A stretch of 20,000 nt of DNA, taken from the sequence record DRR723986_15960; one strand, given 5' to 3'. Below the pieces are notes generated by a model that was not told the origin of the DNA, did not search any database, and worked only from the letters and a program-made list of their open reading frames with translations. Below are positions 1 to 7,467 of this stretch, in pieces. The stretch's first letter is position 1, and each line of letters begins with the position of its first letter. Both the position numbers and the translations under genes were made by a program.

Positions 1-2
1 TT

Positions 3-221
3 TATGAGCGATTAAATAATGGTGAAAAACCACATGTTGCAGCGTGCCATGCGGGTTTAGAGTGTGGTATTTTAGGTACTAATTACCCAGAGATGGATAT
101 GATTAGTTTTGGCCCAAATATTAAAGGTGCACATTCACCAGATGAACGTGCACAGATTTCATCCGCGCAAAAGTATTGGGAGTTTGTGTTGGAAATATTG
201 AAACATATACCAAAGGCATAA
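3..221 (+). CDS. pepD: Aminoacyl-histidine dipeptidase (M20 family), 3' end only; the gene starts before the window
   Basis: Frame read by hand from base 3: YERLNNGEKPHVAACHAGLECGILGTNYPEMDMISFGPNIKGAHSPDERAQISSAQKYWEFVLEILKHIPKA*. HAGLECG and GP..GAHSPDE are PepD C-terminal motifs. TAA at 219-221. Not in the ORF track. Confidence 0.93.
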   Translation, partial: YERLNNGEKPHVAACHAGLECGILGTNYPEMDMISFGPNIKGAHSPDERAQISSAQKYWEFVLEILKHIPKA

Positions 222-232
222 TAAATATTTGT

Positions 233-267
233 ATAAAAAAGGCAGCTGTTTAAGCTGCCTTTTTTAT
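233..267. terminator. Bidirectional intrinsic terminator between convergent pepD and the PPIase gene
   Basis: ATAAAAAAGGCAGCT-gttta-AGCTGCCTTTTTTAT: perfect inverted repeat with an A-tract before and a T-tract after. Confidence 0.9.
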
Positions 268-284
268 GATTATTATTGAGAGAG

Positions 285-1445
285 TTACTCTTTAATACTT
301 GTAAGTTGAATATCAAAAATAAGATTTGATTTACCAGGAATAACAGGGGGTCTTCCTGCCTCACCATAGCCTAAATAGTAAGGGATAAATACTCTAGCTC
401 TATCACCAATTTTCATCTTTAACATTGCTTCTCTAAAACCAGGTACCAAATTGGCGGTTTCGTTATAAGGCATATCAAACGGTGCGTAACCGCCTTGTTG
501 TTCTTGTCTTTCGTCGTATTTTCCATTTTTTTCTGCAACTTCTTTCCAAGTTGTCCAGAAAAGTGTACCATCTTCAAAATACCCAGCACAATCAATATTT
601 ACACGCTGTGCTGAAGTAGGTGTAACACCATCACTTTCATTTGTAAAAATCATCGCCATACCTGTTGGTGATTCTATTCGACGACCATCCAACTCTTCAT
701 TTTTCTTTAAGAAATCTACCTTTGCGAGTTGTGCTAATTCTTCAGCTTTTTTACGAGCTTCTTCCTTTAGTTTTTCTTTCTTCTTTTTAATTTTTGGCAT
801 TTCTTCTTCAAAAACTTTTGGTGCATTAAACGCTTTAGCATCAGCTCCTTTTCTAATGATATTAATTGTAGTTATTACAACGTCTTCGACTGGCTTATGA
901 TTTCTAGCCTGTGGGTTAATAACTTTTACATTTGAAATAGAGTCATGAACTTCCATACCTTCTATAACTTGCCCAAAAACAGCATGTCTGTTATCTAAAC
1001 TTGGCCATGGTGCTTCCATAATAAAGAATTGACTTCCATTTGCATCACGTCCTGGATTTGCCATTGATAGTACACCTGGTTTATCGTGTTTTAATTCTGG
1101 ATGAAACTCATCTGGGAATTTGTAACCCGGAGTACCTGAACCTGTTGCCGTAGGATCTCCTCCTTGTATCATAAATTTATCCATAACACGGTGAAAAGTT
1201 ATGCCATCGTAAAATGGTTTGCCTTTATATTCGTCACTAACCAACGGGTGGTTTCCTTCGGCAAGAGCCACAAAATTTGCCACTGTAACAGGTACTTTGT
1301 CATAGTAAAGTTCTGCAATCATGTTTCCCTTTGAGGTTACGAATTCTGCATATAGACCATCATCTAATTTTGGATACTGTTCCTGGCAAGAAATGTTAGC
1401 CAGTACTAATAAAATTACAAATGCTGTAAGCGCTTTTTTAATCAT
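285..1445 (-). CDS. Dual-family peptidyl-prolyl isomerase lipoprotein (cyclophilin domain, charged linker, FKBP-type domain)
   Basis: Lipobox-like LANISC; cyclophilin motifs FHRV..FMIQGGDP, GVLSMAN, NGSQFFI, LD.RHAVFG; FKBP motifs LVPGFREAMLKMKIG, IPYYLGYG, IPGKSNLIFDIQL; lies directly downstream of gldI. Confidence 0.92.
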   Translation of the reverse strand: MIKKALTAFVILLVLANISCQEQYPKLDDGLYAEFVTSKGNMIAELYYDKVPVTVANFVALAEGNHPLVSDEYKGKPFYDGITFHRVMDKFMIQGGDPTATGSGTPGYKFPDEFHPELKHDKPGVLSMANPGRDANGSQFFIMEAPWPSLDNRHAVFGQVIEGMEVHDSISNVKVINPQARNHKPVEDVVITTINIIRKGADAKAFNAPKVFEEEMPKIKKKKEKLKEEARKKAEELAQLAKVDFLKKNEELDGRRIESPTGMAMIFTNESDGVTPTSAQRVNIDCAGYFEDGTLFWTTWKEVAEKNGKYDERQEQQGGYAPFDMPYNETANLVPGFREAMLKMKIGDRARVFIPYYLGYGEAGRPPVIPGKSNLIFDIQLTSIKE

Positions 1446-1971
1446 TTTTTTGAGTTATTGTATTTAATGTTACTTCACAAATTAAAGGAATATTAGTTCC
1501 TATTTTATTATCATCTCCATAATAGCCAAAAGCTTTTTGGGATGGAAATATAAATGTTACCTGATCACCTGGTTTCATTAATTTTAAACCTTCACGTAAT
1601 CCTGTGAATAATTCTTCTTTATCCATCACGTAAGTTTTATTTGTGTTGGCATAAATTTCGGTTCCGTTAAGATCAGAAATATTGTAGTTAAAATTAACTA
1701 AATCGCCAAATTGAGGTGTCATATTTTCTGTTCCTGCTTGTATATTGTAGTAATACCAAAATCCACTTTCGGAAGCTATATACGAATGTTCAGGATTGTT
1801 ATTAATTATCTTTTGAATCTGAGCTGTTTCTTTTTGATTAAGTTTTCTGTTTCGTTCTGCAGATTCTTTTAAGAAAGATCCAGACTGCACAGACTCTGGC
1901 ATTCTTGCTTCTGGCGACTTACAACTTGTGATGCAAAGTGTCAAAACGATTATGAGATATAGGTACTTCAT
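1438..1971 (-). CDS. gldI: Gliding motility-associated FKBP-type PPIase lipoprotein GldI
   Basis: Signal peptide ending ITSC; PEARMP and S.ERNR.LN motifs; SESGFWYYY; FKBP C-terminus GLREGLKLMK..FPSQKAFGYYGD..IG.N.PL; DHH-gldI-PPIase order as in flavobacteria. Confidence 0.88.
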   Translation of the reverse strand: MKYLYLIIVLTLCITSCKSPEARMPESVQSGSFLKESAERNRKLNQKETAQIQKIINNNPEHSYIASESGFWYYYNIQAGTENMTPQFGDLVNFNYNISDLNGTEIYANTNKTYVMDKEELFTGLREGLKLMKPGDQVTFIFPSQKAFGYYGDDNKIGTNIPLICEVTLNTITQKND

Positions 1972-2990
1972 TATTGGGACAATTCATTTTTATATTGTGG
2001 TAATATACTAATAAATTTATCAATGGTAGATTGTAAATCACTCTCGCTACGACCACCAGCCGCATTGGTATGACCACCACCATTAAAGTGTGCTCTTGAG
2101 AATTCATTCACAGAAAACGTGCCTTTACTTCGTAATGATATCTTTATAATGTCATCCTGATGATTTTCTATAAAAATGGCAGCAAAGATGATATCTTGCA
2201 CAGATAAGGCATAGTTCACAAAGCCTTCAGTATCTCCTTTTTTAAAGTTAAATTCGTCTAATTCTGCTTGACTTAGCGTTATGTATGCCGTTCTTAATTC
2301 TGGTATCACCTTTAAATTCTGCAATGCTCTTCCTAAGAGTTGTAAACGACTAAAACTATTAGTGTCGTATACATTATTATGAATTTGAGAATTGTTTACT
2401 CCCTTATCTATTAAATCACCTATAACTTGATGCGTTCTGCTGGTTGTAGCTGGGAAGCGGAATGAACCTGTATCTGTCATAATACCAACATAGAGACAAG
2501 TCGCTATATCTGCGTTTATTTTTTCTAAATCATCAAGCATTTCAATAAAATTATACACCATCTCACAAGTAGATGACATACTTACATCAGAGTATGTATA
2601 TTTTGCATAATCATCTGGTTGCTGATGATGATCTATCATTATTTTGGTACAATCGTTAGCCTTTATGGTGTTACCCAATTGTTCACCAGCTCTGTGCATA
2701 GCATTAAAGTCTAATGTAAAAATTATTTCAGCTTGTTCTATAATGGCATCACATTCTAATTGTTGGCTGTCGTATTTTAAAACTGTATCCTCTTCTGGTA
2801 ACCATTTTAAAAAATCCGGATAATCATTTGGAGCTATAATTAAGGCATTATGATTGTAACTTTTTAAATAGTGATAGAGCGCTAAGGTTGAACCCATAGC
2901 ATCACCATCTGGATTTTTATGAGGAACAATTACAATTGACTTTGGAGTACTTAGAAGTGATTTTATTTCTGAAATTTGTGCTTTAATCAT
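1971..2990 (-). CDS. nrnA: DHH/DHHA1 family phosphoesterase (NrnA-like oligoribonuclease / pAp phosphatase)
   Basis: Motifs HKNPDGDA, TLD, IDHH, TDTGSF, SLRS and GGGH..AAGG. Confidence 0.9.
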   Translation of the reverse strand: MIKAQISEIKSLLSTPKSIVIVPHKNPDGDAMGSTLALYHYLKSYNHNALIIAPNDYPDFLKWLPEEDTVLKYDSQQLECDAIIEQAEIIFTLDFNAMHRAGEQLGNTIKANDCTKIMIDHHQQPDDYAKYTYSDVSMSSTCEMVYNFIEMLDDLEKINADIATCLYVGIMTDTGSFRFPATTSRTHQVIGDLIDKGVNNSQIHNNVYDTNSFSRLQLLGRALQNLKVIPELRTAYITLSQAELDEFNFKKGDTEGFVNYALSVQDIIFAAIFIENHQDDIIKISLRSKGTFSVNEFSRAHFNGGGHTNAAGGRSESDLQSTIDKFISILPQYKNELSQ

Positions 2991-3027
2991 AGTTGACGAA
3001 GATACAATTTTTTAATATTTGGAGTAC

Positions 3028-3057
3028 TTGATTAATTAAAGAAATACATTACTTTTG
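3028..3057 (+). promoter_or_regulatory. Bacteroidota housekeeping-sigma promoter of ndk
   Basis: TTG (3028-3030), 19-nt spacer, TACTTTTG (3050-3057), matching the -33/-7 consensus TTG-N19-TAnnTTTG; 22 nt before the ATG. Confidence 0.75.
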
Positions 3058-3079
3058 CACCACATTTAAAAAAATATAC

Positions 3080-3499
3080 ATGGCAACTAACAGAACATTT
3101 ACAATGTTAAAGCCAGATGCTGTTGAAAAAGGACACATTGGCGCAATATTAGAAAAGATTACAGCTTCAGGATTTAGAATCGTAGCAATGAAGTTAACAC
3201 AAATGACTACTGCAGATGCAGAAGAATTTTACGGAATTCACAAAGAGCGTCCATTCTTTGGTGAGTTAGTAGAATATATGACACGTGGACCAATCGTTGC
3301 AGCAATCCTAGAAAAAGATAACGCTGTTGAAGATTTTAGAACTTTAATAGGTGCTACTAATCCTGCCGATGCAGCAGAAGGTACTATTCGTAAATTATAT
3401 GCAGCTTCTATCGGTGAGAATGCAGTTCACGGAAGTGATAGTGATGAAAATGCGGCTATTGAAGGTGCATTTCATTTTTCTGGTAGAGAAATGTTTTAA
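3080..3499 (+). CDS. ndk: Nucleoside diphosphate kinase
   Basis: [29 protein letters not shown], and NAVHGSDS with the catalytic His; 139 aa. Confidence 0.98.
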   Translation: MATNRTFTMLKPDAVEKGHIGAILEKITASGFRIVAMKLTQMTTADAEEFYGIHKERPFFGELVEYMTRGPIVAAILEKDNAVEDFRTLIGATNPADAAEGTIRKLYAASIGENAVHGSDSDENAAIEGAFHFSGREMF

Positions 3500-3518
3500 T
3501 AAGACATTACATTATGAT

Positions 3519-3552
3519 AAAAAAAGACCATCCAAACGGATGGTCTTTGTTT
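3519..3552. terminator. Bidirectional intrinsic terminator between ndk and the convergent ORF
   Basis: AAAGACCATCC-aaac-GGATGGTCTTT (3523-3548), flanked by an A-run and a T-rich tail. Confidence 0.88.
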
Positions 3553-3574
3553 ATTCATATTAATTGTGAAGGTA

Positions 3575-4390
3575 TTATTCAAATGGACCGTACACAACTG
3601 CCTCTTCTCCTACATTGATCTTTTCACAACTATTAGAGAAACTACTATCATCTAGTTTTACCGTAAACTTAATACTATTAGAATCAGTATTTTGATGTAC
3701 AGACAGCCAACGGTATGGTAAATCTAATTCTGTTTCTTTTGGGTTTAATAGATTGAGAATGGCATGCGAATCACTTTGATTATTATAACCTGTTGGTTTA
3801 GTAAAGGATAATTCTAAAGTGTTGTCATCTATTGATTTAGAATCTTTAAGTTCAACAACTCTATTATCAATATACTTTTTATCATCACATTGCGACCAAA
3901 TTTTGTCATTGTTCATTTGTAGTGCTGCTAAGAATCCACCTTGTATCGATCCCTCAAAACCACCACCTGGGAAAGCCCATGCAGATGCAAAGTATAGATT
4001 GGGAATTAAAAAGTTATTTCTAAATCTTTTACTTCCTATTTGGTCTTTTATTTGTGCATAACCGTAAACTGAGCCACTCGGGTTTGATGTATACCGTTTT
4101 ATAGTTTTAGATGTAGACACTTCATAGTATTCTATACTATTTTTAATACCTGGATACTTTTGTTCTAATCGTTGTAATAGGATTTGCGCTATTTCTTCTT
4201 TTTTAGCAGCATAGGCTTCTTTGTTTAATCCTTCCCAGTCTTCAATATAATCTACAGCACAAATTACACCTTCAGATTTATGGGCTGGTGCCAATCCTGA
4301 ATCTACTTTGTTATAGTCTACAAAAATAAATCTACGTTTAGACCAATCTCCATGATGATTGGTTTTAATGAGTATATAATTTTTTGTCAT
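3575..4390 (-). pseudogene. N-terminally truncated phytoene-desaturase-like FAD oxidoreductase fragment fused to a ferredoxin-reductase-type FAD-binding barrel
   Basis: CrtI-family C-terminal motifs (LAP..KS, YPG....IE..EVST.KT..RYT.NP.GSVYG, NLYFASAWAFPGGGFEG....G..AA) but no N-terminal GxGxxG Rossmann motif. The last ~95 aa resemble an FR-type barrel (TLELSFTKP, YRWLS, ending VYGPF). The frame is open, so it could still be translated. Confidence 0.6.
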
Positions 4391-6198
4391 TAATCCTCAG
4401 CCTTGCGCTGACCTGTAAACGTACCATTTGGTTGTATAAATTTAACTTCAGTTATTTTTCCGTCGTGTTCAATAAATTCAACCTTAAATCCTTCTAAGGT
4501 TTTAAAATTAAATTTATGCTCAGCTATTGGTACTAACGCATATTCTGGCTGACCTGGCACAAATACATACAATACGATTTCATCTTTTATATACGCTTTA
4601 ATCTCAGTACCCATAAGATCGTATTTACCAACGTATTGTTCTAAAGTTTCGGCAGAAACCTCAATAGTATTAGGTGCACGTTTTAAGGCAATAGCATCTA
4701 CCATTGGTTCTATTCCTACACGTCCATAATCTATATCACCAGCTTCATTAGTACTAAATGTAATTTTTATAGATCGTCCTATAGCCGCTGTATCAACTTT
4801 TCTGTCCTTATAATCAACAAATTCAAAAGTGTCATAATGGTAATGATTTAAATATTGTTCGTTACCGTTGAGTGTAGTAAACAGAGAATCGTTCTTTAAT
4901 TCAATTTCAAAAGATCCATAGCCTCGATGTGAATATATACCTATATAATCTAATTTTGTGTGTGATGGTCTTGTGTTTTTAATGTTAGATAATTCCTTGT
5001 CGTCTTTAGATTCTTCTTGAGCTTTGAGCGCTTTTTCTAAATCTTCTTTATGCTTTTTAGCCCATTCCGTTTTTTCTACTTTAAGCATATGATCTGCTGC
5101 AATGTTTCTAATTAAACGTGGCACTGCAGACCCATTTTGATTTGCTAATACAACAATACCTAAACTGTCAGATGGATACAAAGCAACACTCGCTGAGAAT
5201 CCATCAATATTGCCACCATGTTCAACCATATAGTGTCCTTTATAAGAGTGTAAAAACCAACCATATCCGTAATTAGCATATTGTACATCTGGTAATTCTT
5301 TAGAAGGGAAACCGGCTGCGGCTACCATTTGAGAGCTCATAGCTTCCTTTATATAATTTTCAGGTAAAATCTGTTTCTCGCCCACCTTGCCATCATTTAG
5401 CCATAACATCATCCATTGACTCATATCATTAACACTACTATTTATGCTACCCGCTGGCGACATACCAGCAATGTCATAATAATCTAGTTTTTCAATATTT
5501 CTATCAGCATCTAAGTCATAACCAAATGAAGCATTACTACTAGTTTTCATGCCTTCTATAGTTGTTTTAGACCTGTTCATACCTAGCGGCTTAAAAAACC
5601 TGTCTTCAATATTTTTTTCCCAGCTTTCACCAGTAATTTTTTCTGTTATAACTCCTTGTAATAAGAACCCAAAATTATTGTAATACCACTGCTGTCTTAC
5701 GCCAGTAAAAGGTTCGTGATGCTTCATGCGCATTACTAAACTATCCTTACTATGTGATGGAAAAAAGTACCATGCGCCATCATGCCTTGGCAAGCCTGTA
5801 CTATGTCGCATAAGGTCTTTTATAATAATGTTATTATTCATTTCATCGTTATAAAACTCTAGGTTTGGCACATATTTTCTTGGGCTATCATTAAACGACA
5901 ATTTATCGTCGTCGCGTAGTAAACCTAATAGTGCAGAAGTAAATGCTTTAGTAGATGAGCCAATGGCAAAAAGTGTATTAGCGTCTACAGGAGTTTTATT
6001 TTCAAAATCGCTAAAGCCAAAGCCTTTTGCATAAATTATCTTATCACCTTCTACAATAGCTACAGCAAAACCAGCAGTTTTTGTCGTTTCTAGTACAGAA
6101 TTAAATTGTTTTTCAATGCCTTTTAGACGTTTATCGGTTTGTGCATAGGTAAAAAAAATGCTTAAGGCAAGTACAAAAGTGAGAATACGAGTTTTCAT
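4390..6198 (-). CDS. Secreted serine hydrolase, beta-lactamase/class C (PBP-like) family, with C-terminal DUF3471-like domain(s)
   Basis: Signal peptide (..TYA|Q); F.IGSSTK (SxxK), LMRHSTGL, YYNN (YxN), PAGSINSS..DM..W, HGGNIDGF; C-terminal Y.G.Y repeats. Confidence 0.9.
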   Translation of the reverse strand: MKTRILTFVLALSIFFTYAQTDKRLKGIEKQFNSVLETTKTAGFAVAIVEGDKIIYAKGFGFSDFENKTPVDANTLFAIGSSTKAFTSALLGLLRDDDKLSFNDSPRKYVPNLEFYNDEMNNNIIIKDLMRHSTGLPRHDGAWYFFPSHSKDSLVMRMKHHEPFTGVRQQWYYNNFGFLLQGVITEKITGESWEKNIEDRFFKPLGMNRSKTTIEGMKTSSNASFGYDLDADRNIEKLDYYDIAGMSPAGSINSSVNDMSQWMMLWLNDGKVGEKQILPENYIKEAMSSQMVAAAGFPSKELPDVQYANYGYGWFLHSYKGHYMVEHGGNIDGFSASVALYPSDSLGIVVLANQNGSAVPRLIRNIAADHMLKVEKTEWAKKHKEDLEKALKAQEESKDDKELSNIKNTRPSHTKLDYIGIYSHRGYGSFEIELKNDSLFTTLNGNEQYLNHYHYDTFEFVDYKDRKVDTAAIGRSIKITFSTNEAGDIDYGRVGIEPMVDAIALKRAPNTIEVSAETLEQYVGKYDLMGTEIKAYIKDEIVLYVFVPGQPEYALVPIAEHKFNFKTLEGFKVEFIEHDGKITEVKFIQPNGTFTGQRKAED

Positions 6199-6290
6199 TT
6201 TATGATTGGTTTAGATCTTTAGTTATGAAGTATATGTATAAAGATACATCATTTAGTTACGGTTTTTTGGTAGTATTTTTTTGGTTATTG

Positions 6291-6320
6291 ACAATTCATC
6301 ATAAAATTTATACAATTCGG
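6291..6320 (+). promoter_or_regulatory. Putative LytTR-family operator (9-bp direct repeat, 12-bp spacer)
   Basis: ACAATTCAT (6291-6299) and ACAATTCGG (6312-6320), 21-bp period; each is an 8/9 match to the LytTR consensus [TA][AC][CA]GTTN[AG][TG]; upstream of an operon ending in a LytTR regulator. Confidence 0.7.
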
Positions 6321-6382
6321 TAAGTCCAATTTTAAAAACATGGAATTGTATCGGATATTTGTATCAAACAAAAACGAATAAC

Positions 6383-6805
6383 ATGAATGTATTAGTAAAA
6401 TTAGCCGTTGTAATTATCATAAACTTAATAAGTACTCAGATAAAAGCACAAGACACTTATACGATCACAGTTACTGTAGAAGATTTAAGCAGCAATGATG
6501 GAAAAGTGCTTTTAGCGTTATATAATTCTGAAAAGGACTTTTTAGAAAATGAATATAAAGGCACTATAAGTTCAATTGCCAACAACAAATGCACGGTAAC
6601 CTTTGAAAACGTTCCTGAAGGTGTTTATGCGGTTTCTATTTTTCATGATGAAAATGACAATGATAAATTAGATAGCAATTTTATTGGTATTCCAAAAGAG
6701 GATTATGGTTGTTCTAATAATGCCAAAGGTTTTATGGGACCACCAAAATGGAAAGATACCAAATTCGATTTAGAAAAAGATACATCAATTACAATAACAC
6801 TTTAA
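6383..6805 (+). CDS. DUF2141 domain-containing secreted protein
   Basis: G.V..ALYNS...F, F..VP.G.YAVS.FHDEN.N.KLD.NF.GIPKE.YG.SNN......GPP.W. The ATG at 6383 is preferred over the track's TTG at 6359 because it gives a normal signal peptide (..IKA|Q). Confidence 0.88.
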   Translation: MNVLVKLAVVIIINLISTQIKAQDTYTITVTVEDLSSNDGKVLLALYNSEKDFLENEYKGTISSIANNKCTVTFENVPEGVYAVSIFHDENDNDKLDSNFIGIPKEDYGCSNNAKGFMGPPKWKDTKFDLEKDTSITITL

Positions 6806-6829
6806 CATTAATCAAAAAACACTAACATT

Positions 6830-7462
6830 ATGAAACAGATTTTAATAGTTGCCTTAGTAGTTATTTCAGGACTAACTCAGGCGCAGACAAGTTTTGAAAA
6901 AGGTATGGCGAAAGCATTTGAACTTTGGCAAAATGATAAAACTGATGAAGCCGAAAGTATGTTTGAACGTATTGCTAAGGCAGAACCAGATGAATGGTTA
7001 CCAGATTATTATATTGCTCAATTGAATAGTTTAAAAAGCTGGAATGTAAAAGATGAAGCCGTATTAAAGGCGCAATTAGAAAAAGCACAAAAACATTTGG
7101 ATGTAGCACTCTCAAAAACTGAGAGAAATGCAGAATTATTAGTGATGCAAGCGCAAATATATACAAATTGGGTAGCCTATGATGGTGCTACTTATGGTAT
7201 GAAATATGCTGCAAAAGTTGGCGAACTTTATGCTAAAGCGGTAGAATTACATCCAACAAATCCTAGAGCTGCGTTTTGTAAGGCTCACTGGGCAATGGGA
7301 AGTGCAAAGTATTTTGGTAAGGATACTGAACCATATTGTAAGGATATTGAAGCGTCAATTGAACTTTTCGATACCTTTAAGCCAGAAAGTGATTTTCATC
7401 CTAATTGGGGAAAAGAACGTGCAGAGCAAGTGGTTACAAATTGTAAATCTTATTTTAAGTAA
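6830..7462 (+). CDS. Secreted helical-repeat (TPR-like) hypothetical protein
   Basis: Signal peptide (..TQA|Q); TPR-like segments FERIAKAEPDEWLPDYY and YAKAVELHPTNPRA; C-terminal P.WG. Confidence 0.7.
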   Translation: MKQILIVALVVISGLTQAQTSFEKGMAKAFELWQNDKTDEAESMFERIAKAEPDEWLPDYYIAQLNSLKSWNVKDEAVLKAQLEKAQKHLDVALSKTERNAELLVMQAQIYTNWVAYDGATYGMKYAAKVGELYAKAVELHPTNPRAAFCKAHWAMGSAKYFGKDTEPYCKDIEASIELFDTFKPESDFHPNWGKERAEQVVTNCKSYFK

Positions 7463-7467
7463 ATAAC

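Noticed and set aside
83-367. 94-aa minus-strand ORF
   Set aside because: Antisense to the pepD 3' end, crosses a terminator, no motifs; shadow ORF
2997-3004. TATCTTCG on the minus strand as the -7 element of the DHH-gldI operon (near-leaderless mRNA)
   Set aside because: One mismatch and no -33 element; plausible but too weak to call without TSS data
2941-3029. 12-bp direct repeat TTTGGAGTACTT at 2941 and 3018
   Set aside because: One copy is coding, there are only two copies and no element lies between them; compatible with chance in AT-rich DNA
6151-6158. A8 homopolymer in the serine hydrolase signal-peptide region as a possible phase-variation tract
   Set aside because: The frame is intact and A/T runs of this length are expected in this base composition
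4390-6198. Calling the serine hydrolase an antibiotic-resistance beta-lactamase
   Set aside because: It has HGG rather than KTG plus extra C-terminal domains, typical of the broad peptidase/esterase branch; resistance cannot be inferred
6359-6382. TTG start for DUF2141 given in the ORF track
   Set aside because: It falls inside the likely -7 promoter element; the ATG at 6383 gives a better signal peptide
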